A stretch of 64,000 nucleotides of DNA, taken from assembly GCA_965603825.1 (NCBI GenBank), contig CBFDEM010000053.1, positions 1,178,001-1,242,000 on the forward strand. The letters run 5' to 3'. The position numbers and the translations under genes were made by a program. The DNA is from Blepharisma stoltei ATCC 30299. Lineage: Eukaryota > Protista > Ciliophora. The notes under the pieces were generated by a model. That model had not been told where the DNA came from, did not search any database, and worked only from the letters and a program-made list of their open reading frames with translations. Below, one piece after another: positions 11,920 through 22,984 of the stretch. The stretch's first letter is position 1; each line of letters begins with the position of its first letter.

Positions 11920-14900
11920 ATGAAGCAGCATACTGAATTAGTCAGAACTTCTTCTTCAAATATGCTATTTTTTATGTTTTCTTTGTTTTTTACCTGAATA
12001 CAGCAGAGCTTTAGTATAGAAATTACTGTCATATTTGACACCAGGATAAAAAGGGCTGAAACTTGGAATGAGACATCTTTTCTCGATCAACTTCAAGCTG
12101 AAAATTCAGCCGTTGAGTGGCATATCTGTCAATGAATAGTTGCAGCTAGTTGCATAGAGAATTACCCAAGCTCATTAATAGTATTAGATCTATCAGATGA
12201 TATTGAAATTCAATTTTCTGTCTCCGAAATTTGCGCACGCAATAACCTAGTTCATTTAGTTTGAGAAAATAATCTCAGCTACAGCAATGACTGAACCTTC
12301 TCAATTGCTCCTCCATATAGTGCTCAATTGAAGGCATTTTTTGCCGTTTTACAATATTTTAATTGGACTCAAGGCGTTCTAATAATTGATGATATTTCAC
12401 AAGGCACGCAAGATCAATTTAGGGAATATTCAAGTGATATAAAGACTTTAATTGTGGAGTCACATACAAATATAAATGACTTGGTTAACAGAATTGTAGT
12501 CCCTATGGGCTCAACTCTGTATTATATTTCTATACGTTTTACTGATACAAAAGATCTTCAAGAAGCATTAATTACAGCAAAACTCTTAACCACTGGAAAT
12601 GGGATTTTACTTGCACAGAGAAGTGGCTATGAGTGCGAAATTGAAGGATCATTAATCATCTCTGAGCTAGGCTATGAAAATATCAGCTCAGAAGTAAATT
12701 ATATGAAAAAATCAATAGAAAATGCTATTAATTTTATTTTAAATAGCACAACAGGAAATGATGCTGATGAAATTATTACAATGCTAAATTTGAAATGAAA
12801 TCAGCAAACTAGTTTTTCGTTAATAAATATACAGAATAAAAATAGAACAGTAGTTGGGCATATTATCAATGGAAATCTTGAATTTTTTGAAAAATTAACA
12901 TTTATAGGAAACTCAAGTGAAATTCCTAAATCTACAAGAAAGGCATTAAAATGAAGCATTGAAGCTGGAGGAACCAACCCAGGCTCACTTTCAACAACAG
13001 TGAGTGTTATCGGAGGTAGAGGCTCAGCTATAGCTCAGGACGAAATAAATAATAAAGGTTCGCAGCTTCTATCAAATTTTCAGCTTCAATCTTTCAATTT
13101 TGACTGTGGGGCAACATTTTACGATCAAGCATTTGCAACAGCATGCTACAAAAACGACATAGACAAATTTGGTTTGGCTCATATTTCTCCGCTTGGGTCA
13201 GCTATGGCATATTATTCTATGCTCACTTTTAAAAAACTGAATTTAACTTTCCCCAACGTTGGCTGTACAAATGCAGATGCTTCTTTAAATAACACTAAAA
13301 TTTTTCCTTGGTATGCAAGGGTTCAAATATCTAGCTCCTATGCGTTTTCTCTGGTTCCAATTCTTCTGAATGCACTTGGCTGAAAAGAAATCGGAATTTT
13401 ATATCAAAATGATAGTTATGGACAATCAGGATATTATTATATTAAGCAGAGTATTGAAAAGCAAGATATACGCATAGTAAATTCTGAGGACTCAAGAGTA
13501 ATTCCAGCTAATCTTAACAGGACTTCTGTTAAAGATTATAAGCGCATAATACAAAGAATTATAGACTCTGAAGCCAGGCTTCTTGTGTATTTATTGCAAT
13601 TTCCTTTATGCAATTATGTGATGGAAGAGCTATATGATTTGGGGATGAGAAAAGGAGATATCATTATTTTTACTTTGGTTACTGATCTATTACCGCTTTA
13701 TAGCTATAATGACACTTTTCTTTACAAGAGATTAGAAATAGGTACTCCGATGTTTACTATTGTGGGTCAAAATTGGGCTGGAGATTTAGGAAAAAATGTT
13801 TTATCGAAATATACAGAAACCTATAAAAGTTCTCCAAATTCATTTACATGCTTTTATTATGATGGTCTCTATTTAATTGCTCATGCTTTGGATTATATGA
13901 TAAATCGAGGATTAGATTATTATGATCCTACTAAATTGATGGCCGCTATAAGGAATCAACAGTTTATCGGTTGCACTGGGAGGGTTTCTATTGAGAAAGG
14001 AAGTAATGACAGAATAATGGACACTATTGATATACAAGGAAATTGGCTATATGACAATGGCACACTAATTGTATATAAAATCGGAGATTTTCGACCATTT
14101 AGTTTAAAAATCATAAGTATAGAGCATCCTATATTTTATCCTGACGGCACTACAAATAAACCAACTGATCTTAGAAATGCTAATCAAAAATGCCCATTCA
14201 AAGATAGGCTTATAAAAACATTTACAAGTGGACGGCTTCTTTTATTTGGTATATGTTTTGCTGTAGCTTTAGAATCAATCATAATAACAGTTGTGATATG
14301 AAAAAAGTGGTGGGATGTGCCTATTGAGCCACTAACTCAAAGAGAAGAAATTTCTTTCCAAGATCTGATTGTTGGCTTTACAATTTGCATTGAGTTCTTT
14401 CAATTTTCAGCTATGGGTCCTGATTTTTCGCCTATAAGCGTTTTACTGTCTGATCTTAGCAATTCATTTTCTCTAGATCTTGATGATGTTTTAAAAATGG
14501 AAAGCGGAGTATTTTGGATCATTGTTGATGCTGTATTTGGAGGAATTGCATTATGGCTTCTTCTATGCATAGTTGTGCTGACACGTTTGGATGAAAGGTT
14601 TCCTTCTTTTTCTCCATTCAGATTTCTGGATTGGGTTGCTGACTATTTAATGCCTATACTTGGGAATTTATGCTTTATTCCATTTGTATCAATCTGTTTA
14701 GATATTTTTGTATGTGATCAATCAATTGGAGACAGTTTTACAGACAGCTTTTTATCAAAAGACTGCACTTATTTTTGTTGAAAAGATGAGCATTTAGTAT
14801 ATGCGATTTTATCATTTTTTGCACTTCTTGCTTACGAACCGTTTGCAGTATTTTGCAGACCTCTCTGGCAAGAATTGCAGCTTTTTCTTCATGTTAAAAC

Positions 14901-15375
14901 AGTGCCTCTTTACTTAATGGTAAAATCTATATTTCAAATTGCACTAATTGTGCTTAATAAAACAGTCAAAAGAGCAACAGGCTTAGGACACGGAGTTATT
15001 TTTATCGTTTTGATGGTAATTTATGTGGTTTTTATTTTCAGATTCAAACCATATAACTATCCAAGATTTAGTTGGTGGCAGGCATTAAGTTTAATTGGAG
15101 TGATTTGGATAGCATTTCTTTCTACAGTAATTTTAGGAGCAGGAGGAGACTCTAATATATACCTTATCCTTTTATTTGCTGGATGGGTGATTTTAATCTT
15201 ATTTGGGTTTTATGTACAGACTAAAAAATATCCGAGCATGCTTTATAGGAAAAAAGCAGGAGATACAAGTACTTTGTTTAAATTTGCTTTTACTTTTGGA
15301 AAAGTTGCCAGAAGCTCATTAGCAAAAATAATTCCTTCAAGTGAAAGCAAAAGTAACAGGCTAGCTAACGAGTAG
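11920..15375 (+). CDS. Receptor-like protein: signal peptide, two ANF-receptor/Venus-flytrap domains, ~9 TM segments (1,151 aa)
   Basis: Single frame with nine TGA-Trp codons (11995, 12133, 12262, 12292, 12796, 12952, 13381, 14299, 14779). FFAVLQYFNWTQGVLI and LNALGWKEIGILYQNDSYG...YDGLYLIAHALD...FIGCTGRV are type-1 periplasmic-binding-fold motifs. Alternative start at 11962. Confidence 0.8.
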
Positions 15376-15617
15376 CTATATTTATCCGTAATTTTAACTA
15401 CATTTGATTTTCGAATAAAAAATAACCATAATTATAAATAAAAATAAAAAATAGGAATACCATCAATTGAATTTTTTATATCTAAGAGCTACTGTGTGCA
15501 TTAAGTATTAATTACATGATTTTGCTATTAAAACTTAAATATTCCTTGATTTCTAAGAGTAAATTAAAATTCTTAGATTAATAGTAAATTTATTAATTAA
15601 AAGGGGGACTTTAAATA

Positions 15618-16106
15618 ATGATAAAAAAGTTACTAGGTGAAGATCTTGCCCAAGAATTCGCATTCTTAGATTCAGAAATCACAGCAGATAGCAGGTTAGA
15701 AAGAAATATTGAGCCACCTCTCAAGCGTAAAAGAAAGATCACATCTCCTCAAGGCCGGCATGGGATAGTGGAAGATATCTCTTCGGAATGATGCAAGCCA
15801 AATGACCCTATTATCGAAAAACCCAAAATAACAGCAATGAAGCAAGCAAAGATAGCAAAAGAAGAAATTAAGCATATTATTCAAGAAAGGGAAAATTTAT
15901 CAAAGACTGATACAGCACCTCTTGAACAAAATAATCCAAGTGGTAAGTGAAATGGTCAAATAATAAAAGTTGGAGTTCCTCAAGAACTTTTAGATGCATT
16001 CCCATGGCTAGATTCCCCTAGAGAATTTGTAGAGGGCGCGGAAGAGAATGACTCTACAGAAAAACAATATGGTTTTCTAGAAAAATTTTTAGCTAAATAT
16101 GATTAG
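15618..16106 (+). CDS. Hypothetical 162-aa protein with basic NLS-like PPLKRKRK; absent from the ORF track
   Basis: ATG 15618 to TAG 16104-16106 is open when its two TGA codons are read as Trp. Confidence 0.7.
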
Positions 16107-16279
16107 ATTAAAATTTAGAAAAATAGTTGGGCTTATAAAGCTGAACGATAAAAAAAATAGCTTGGCAAATAAGGATTAGTTCTCAAGAATAAGAGCAATA
16201 ATAAGAACAAGAACATAGAGTTAGTAATTGCTCTGCCTAAATTTACTTAAAATCGGTATCTTATTAGATGTTTTTATTT

Positions 16280-19200
16280 TTAAGGATGTTTAAATTCTTC
16301 ACTCTCTTGTGGTTCCTTGACACTATGATCAACATCAGCTTCCATACCAGCTCTGACTGCAGGCTTTGGCATTCCAGTTAATACTTCAAATGACTTGCTG
16401 GCATGCAGCTCGACATGCTCTCTACATTTTGCTAAATACAATTCATAATTATCATTATATTCAGCTGCAATATAAGCATCTAGAGGATCCATTGGTTCTG
16501 GAGTCATCAGAAGCCCATAAACACAATCCATTATATGTCTTATAGTAACTGCTGGCGAGTAAAACTGATCCAGAATAGAATGGCAAATTCTTCCAGTTGA
16601 ATTTATATTGCAGTGATATATTGGTGTAACAAACCTCATTGTCGGAGGCTTAAAGGGATAATCTTGAGGGAATCTTATATATGCTTGAAATAGGCCACCT
16701 TCAAATGGAGTTTGAGTTGGCCCTTCAATATATAAATTTCAGAACATGATGTCGCTTTCAGTTGGCAGCACAATAATATTTTCATGAGGGTTCGTAGAAA
16801 TATTTTCCAGCTCTTTCATTATTCGCTTAATGCATGACGCAGATCCTTTTCCTTCTAAAACAGGAGGAGATATACTAGCCACTTTCAAGGCTTCCTCAGC
16901 ACTTATTACTGATTTAGAAATCTCAACTGGAGCTGCCATTGCTGGCTGTTGATCAGAGAATTCTTTTTTTCTTAACGATTCAAGATCTTGGTCTGTATTA
17001 ACAACTGCCTTCTCTATTGATTTTCTATTTCTCACTGACAGCAAAGTTTCACTTTCAAATAACTTTATCCCTTCTTGCAAATCAGTAGGTAAAAATACAT
17101 ATCCGCCAGATGCATATGAAATGGCTTTCAAATTTTGTGAAAGGTCTCCAACAACTACGCTGTCCATAACGATATTATTTGAAATCAGCAGCTTGCCTAC
17201 TTCTAAGTGATCATGCGCAGATGAAGTATCTTCGCCATCGCTCAAGCATAAAATTCTAAGCTGAGTGTCAGGATACTGCGTTTTAAAATTTACAAGCGAT
17301 TGAATTGCTTCAAAAATGGCATCCCATAGCTTCGTTCCACCTGCATGCTTAGACTGATGGGCAACTGCTGTAAAAGTTGAAATATTTTCAGTAAAAGAGC
17401 AAGCTTTTTCAAGCTTATTGTTAAACAGAATCAAAGACACAACATGATTGAGGTTATAACCCACAGTTCTATCTGCAAAAGATTCAAAAAATTGTTTAGT
17501 TGCGTCCAGTCTTGAATATTCGCCTTCAGGTCCAAATGGATACACCATAGAGCCACTTTTATCAAAAATAACTACTATGGTTTCATCTGGTGCTCTAGTG
17601 ATTTTTTCAACTGCGGGATCATTTTTGCTGATCCTTTCTATGATACTTGCCATATCGTCAATGTCATGCTTTGCTACTTCTCTTGTCAAAACATTCATAA
17701 GATTTACTGTATTCGGCTCTTTAGGTGATAAGCCTCGGTTTACAACAATTTCTTTATTCTTGTCTAGGGTGATGCAGTGCAGGAATTCAGTGGATTTGAG
17801 GAATAAAGCAGGGACAATTCTTGAGAGTTTATATTTAGTTTTGGCAGCCTGAAGCTTTTTTCATGGAAGGTCTTGTGGAAATGAAGCTCTTAAAATGCTT
17901 GGAAATGGAGTTCTATTATCGAAAGTCCCTGTCCAGAGGATCACTGATGATTTTCCATTATAAATAGCTCTTTTTACAGAATAAGCAAAGTCTTTGTTTA
18001 CTTTTACTTGCGATTTGTTGATTATTCCAACACCTTGAATTTCTGCACGTCTCAGGACTTTTTTCATGACTGCGTTTTCCTCATAATACGCATAAGTTCC
18101 GTCTACTTTTCTCAAGCAGACAGGATTTTTTATTTCAACATAAGAAATTGGACAGACTGTGTCATATTCTACAAAGGTTTCGTCTCTTGAAAATTCTTCA
18201 GATGGTTTACACGCTAGATCACATAATAATCCAATTATTTCTAAACAATTTTCATATAGTTTATCCTCTGGAACTGTATCAACTAGATTTAGTTCTTTTA
18301 TGACAGAATTTAAAATGAATATGAATCCTTCTTCTAGAGCAATTGAGTCTAATAAGCTCATTGGCTTTCCAATACTAAGTTCATACATAGCATGCATTAG
18401 TGGTGTATTATTCTGAGAAGCCTGCCTCAAAATCCCTAAAAATGCTTCCTTAGTGGGTATTTCACTAGTTCCTATTATATTCGCAAAACAGTATAAAAAT
18501 GAATGGAATAGCTTGATTCCATCACTAGTCTGCTCAATTGTCCTTTTAATGATAGATTTATAAGCTCTCTCAGTGTAATCATATTTTTCTCTTCAATAAA
18601 AGATAACTTGGCCACTATTTATAGCATATGATGTCAATGTAAACGCATCATTAGTCAAGAAAATATCATTTGATTTAAATTTGACTTCAAAAGTTGGTGC
18701 TTTCGCTAAGGAAAATAATTTTTGTTTAAGTTCTTGGATTGTGGTCGTTGCCAAATCTACTTTTACAGAGAAATTTTTGGTTGGATCTGCATTTGACTGC
18801 AAAATTATGGTATCGTTGCCTTCATTAGGATCTTTGGCTTGAAGTGATTTCACATCAAAATTAGGAACAATTAGTACACAAAGCTTGGAAGGTTGCGAAA
18901 TTAACTCATTGCATTTAATAAATGGCATCTGAGACATACTTCCAGATAGAGGGCATCCGTCTTCGCTATAAAATGCGCAAATCCAGTCCTCTGGGTTTTT
19001 ATTTTTTGATTGCAAAACTAAATTTGATAAATCTTCTAAAGTGATATCTAAACCTGGAATTCTTAAGTTATGAAATTCTTCAGGACTGATACTATTTAAG
19101 TAACGATATTGAATAAGCAAGGCTTCTTCAGATTTTTCATGAGGTTGAGATAATGGCGAAAGGGTACTTGCTATAGTTTCGTTAGAAGTTTTGACTTTTG

Positions 19201-19474
19201 ACTCTTCTGATCTATTCGGATGAGGCAAGTTATTAAATTCAAGTTTAACACTAATTTCACTTTGACCGCTATCAAGTAGCAATTCATAATTCTCTTGGTT
19301 GGCGATTTTAAGCCAGCTATCACTTTGCTTGTATAGAAGAGTGAAGTTAATTTCTTGATGAGAAGAATATTGAGAAATTAATAAGTGCAATTCTTCAAGA
19401 GTGGATGGCGCCGCAATCGCCAACGGAGGTTTTCCAGGTATCTCTATAAGAAAATCAGTTGACTTACGTTCCAT
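16280..19474 (-). CDS. Multidomain ubiquitin-conjugating enzyme: PB1-like, ubiquitin-like, U-box-like, vWA and C-terminal UBC/E2 (1,064 aa)
   Basis: Four track ORFs joined by TGA at 18593, 17861 and 16739. vWA MIDAS DKSGS...T...LSDGED. E2 core KRIMKEL...FWKFIIEGPTQTPFEGG...PQDYPFKPP...YHCNINSTGRICHSIL. Confidence 0.88.
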
Positions 19475-19832
19475 TTGCTAATAGATCATAACAGACTGAA
19501 CTATTTTAAATAGGTCTTTGTTGGTCAGCCCTGGCCAGGTTATTGATAATCTAATATTCTTTATGAATTGTTTTTAATCCAAGCTTTCTTAAGTTTTACA
19601 AATTAATCCATTCTAGCCAATTATAAGCTGAGAATGAATAAATATCTAAGTGTAATAAATAGCATATACATATGCCAAAAATAGTTTATTATTTTTTTGA
19701 TGCACTAAACTTGATATCATTTTTAAGGCAAACTTATTGTACATTTATGCTCGATGTCCTTATTGTATTAAAATAGATTATAAACAATAAGAGAGCCCCT
19801 TATAACTGTTTTTGAAACTTTTCTAATAAAAT

Positions 19833-20735
19833 ATGTCCTCAAATAACTCTCAAGAGCATGCCCATGGTTTACCCCCCGAAAATTTATTAAAGCCAAGATC
19901 TCAAGGACCTTTTGCGTGATTTGTAATAATGATTACCATTTAGAGTTTGCTCCCTATGTGCTCTCATGCGGTCATTCGTTTTGTTTCCTTGCATTGAAAA
20001 GTGTAATGTATTTTTTCTCAAAGAAGTTTCTATTCACAGGACATCTGGGAATGCCCTTTGTGTAGACAACGCACTTATCATACCCCTCACAAAAATTTTA
20101 CTCTGATAGATTTGCTCTTTCCTAGCAATTCTTGCAAGCTCCATAATTCAGAGATAATATCTTATTGCTGCGATCATGATCAAACATTATGCCCTTTTTG
20201 CTTTTATGAGCATAGAAATCATGATATTTCTCTTTTAAATATTCCCAAGGTTGAAGAAATTTTGCAATCTAAACAAAGCCTACTTGATAAATATAAAGCA
20301 ATTACTTTAAATCAAATTGAAAACTTTAGGGCAGCACTTGGGATTATAAACGAAATTAAAGATACAAATAGGCATTTTGATGAAAAAGTAAGGAGGATAA
20401 ATGAAGTTAAAGAGCAAATGATAAAAGAAATAAACGAAAAGTCATTGACTTGTATAAATGAGCTTAGAACTTTAGGGAAAGCATTGGCCATAAATCAATT
20501 AGAAACAACTGTGAAAATAAACTTAGAAAACTTGAAAGCTCATAATGAAAAAATTGAATCGATGATTAAACTATTTGAAAATAAAGATATTGTACCTCAA
20601 TTAAATTGCAAGAATTTGCATATTGAAATAAATGTAAATGAACCTGTTTTTGAAAGGAGTGACTATTATGGAGCTCAAATTGGCGAGATTAATGAGATAA
20701 AATCAATTGAAAGCGGGCAATTAGTATATAAATAA
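19833..20735 (+). pseudogene. RING/B-box/coiled-coil (TRIM-like) gene with frame disruptions in the RING region
   Basis: CVICNNDY...PYVLSCGHSFC (frame 19913), CIEK (frame 19990) and WECPLCR...CKLH...CCDHDQTLCPFCFYEHRNH (frame 20058) are out of frame with each other; the RING start is also out of frame with ATG 19833. Confidence 0.55.
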
Positions 20736-21089
20736 ATTTATTATTTATATAATAATGCAGTTAACTAAAGTTTCATATTTAAAGTAACTACAATTTATAG
20801 CTTTTATTTAAAGTGTATTAAAATATCATAAGACATATAAAATATTAAATACGATTTGAATTTAATAAAATAAATAAATATTTATTTAATAAAGATTATC
20901 ATTCTTTAAGGAGCCAATTCTCTTCTGATTTTACAATTCACGAATTTATCGATTTATAATCCCAATATCGCTAATAAATAAAAATAATAAAAATCAGTTT
21001 CTGAAATTTGCTATCTTAAAATTCTGGTGAGTTTATTATTATCTCAAAATTTTATTTATTTTTGAATAAATTCTTAAAATAAGAGTTAA

Positions 21090-21809
21090 TTAATATTTAG
21101 CCATGAAATGGCGAGATGGGTAGTAATAATTAGGTCCAGGACTTGCTGTCTCATTTAAATAAGAATATCTTTTACTGTTTGATGGGATTATTGCTTTAGG
21201 AGATTGGCCCTTTATTATATTTTCATCATATGCATAGGCTGCTGGTCCTGGGCTTTTTAAATCGATTTCAAGGAGTCTTCTTTTAGCAGTAGTGAAACTG
21301 CCGCAACCAGTTATATTGCTAAACTCTGAAAAATGAGAAGATAATTGCTTTGATCTTGACAGCTCAATTCTACTGATTGAACTGTGCAAATTTTTACTAG
21401 TCTGGCTTTGAGACACTTCAGAAGTTGGTATGACGTTCAAAGGTGTCCTACTTTTGCTCATTCTTATTCTATTTTTTAAATTTTCCTTTCTTTGAGCTAC
21501 CAAGCTCATCAGTGAAGCAGAATTTTCAGGAATTCGACGTGGACTTGTGACTGAGTTATCAACTGATACCCTAGTTTCTTCTGATCCATCATTTAGTGAT
21601 GGCTCAGTTAGTTCGTCGATTAAACTGCAAACTAATTGCTTTAAAGGCTCTTTTAAGCTTGGTCTATTTTGTCGTAAATCGTTGCTGGCGAGCAAGCTAG
21701 CAAATAAAGACTTAATATGGTCAAGTTCTCCAGATCTGGATAAATGCTCTTTTAATTCATCTTTCGTCATGAATTGCTGAGAATCTATATATGGATTCGC
21801 CTCAGACAT
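21090..21809 (-). CDS. Hypothetical protein with two C-terminal PGP (STPG/SHIPPO-like) repeats, possibly a microtubule/ciliary protein
   Basis: SPGPAAY and SPGPNYY motifs; 239-aa ORF. Confidence 0.6.
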   Translation of the reverse strand: MSEANPYIDSQQFMTKDELKEHLSRSGELDHIKSLFASLLASNDLRQNRPSLKEPLKQLVCSLIDELTEPSLNDGSEETRVSVDNSVTSPRRIPENSASLMSLVAQRKENLKNRIRMSKSRTPLNVIPTSEVSQSQTSKNLHSSISRIELSRSKQLSSHFSEFSNITGCGSFTTAKRRLLEIDLKSPGPAAYAYDENIIKGQSPKAIIPSNSKRYSYLNETASPGPNYYYPSRHFMAKY

Positions 21810-22139
21810 TTATATTATGATTTGTATATTAAAGATTGCTTTGGAAAACGCTATACTTAAAATAATCTAGAAGCGTAATGTCCCACTCAAGCTTTATTAC
21901 TGGGCAGACCCTCAAGAGCTTCTGCCACTTTTGCATGCGTCGGACCATGGTCGCTAAGCCGGCCTACTTTTATCGTCAGGTCATGCTTAGAAACAGTATT
22001 AGTTGAAATGTTTATCTTTAAATAATTTTCCCCAATCAAATATTTTTTTGCCTTATAAGTTTCTATTTCGAATAGTGTTTAATACCAATCATATTTTTAA
22101 AATATAAAATTAATTAAAATGATTTATGAGAGAAACTCT

Positions 22140-22724
22140 CTATAATATTCCAACTTTGTTCTCCGCAGTTTCAAGCTCTTTAGAAAATTCGTTAAATCCT
22201 GCCTCATGATGGATCAGAATATGGCTTTTTAAAGTATACTTTTCTTTAAACATTTTTTCGCAAAATGGGCATTGTTCAGTCCTCTTATCACTATGTTTTA
22301 GCATGTGCTTTTTGAGGTCTGAAGGCGAATAATTTTTTTTATCGCAAATCGGGCACACATGTTTCAGCATTTTATCTTTTTCGTTTGGATTATGGGTCTT
22401 TTTATGCTTGTTTAGTTCATATTTTCTTCTGAAACTGAGTGGACACTCATCACACTTGTAAGGTCTTTCTCCAGTATGTCCCATCTCATGCGTTTTCAGT
22501 CTGTCCTTCTGGTAAAACCCTTTCCCGCAGTGTTCACAGATAAAGGGGTAAATTCCATCGTGCCGGTATTGGTGCTCAATGAGTTTAGCTTTTTGAGCGA
22601 ATGTTTTATTACAAAGGCTGCATTTTCAGATTTTGTCTTTGGAGTGGATTTGAAGATGCTGCATTAAGGCAGAAGTGCTTGATAATTTTTTGAAGCAATG
22701 CTCGCATTGGTTACGGTCTTCCAT
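22140..22724 (-). CDS. C2H2 zinc-finger protein with six fingers (194 aa)
   Basis: Extends from ATG 22724 through TGA at 22626-22628. Fingers CEHC..HLQIH, CSLC..HQYRH, CEHC..HEMGH, CDEC..HKKTH, CPIC..HMLKH, CPFC..HILIH; TGERP linker. Confidence 0.88.
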
Positions 22725-22984
22725 TCTCTTATTTATAAGTCAGAGCCTATCTGTAAAATTTCTTCGTTAGAAGATTGTAATTCAAACGGTTTATTCGCTC
22801 GAAGATATTTTTGGATTCATCATTTTCTTTTCAAATTTATAAAAATGGGACAGAAATGGGAAAACTGTATTTTTAGTTTATCAATTATCAAAAATACCTA
22901 TTACGAAATAATTAAAATTGTCCTCTGTTTTTAAAGATAAAAAATTTATAATAATATGATTTTTATTTATTAATCAATATTGAC

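Noticed and set aside
21880-21964. Minus strand begins GGCCGGC, contains ATGGTCC and ends TGGGAC, superficially like the HDV ribozyme
   Set aside because: The 3' strand of P1 and the P3/L3 core are missing, so the nested pseudoknot cannot form.
21955-21990. ATGA...AAA on the minus strand downstream of a TGA-containing zinc-finger gene, a possible SECIS
   Set aside because: No 3' GA for the quartet at the right spacing. The TGA sits at the aromatic position before a finger's first Cys, consistent with Trp rather than Sec.
22140-22724. Zinc-finger gene as TFIIIA because it is 3.3 kb from the 5S gene
   Set aside because: It has only six fingers and no TFIIIA-specific features I could identify; proximity alone is not evidence.
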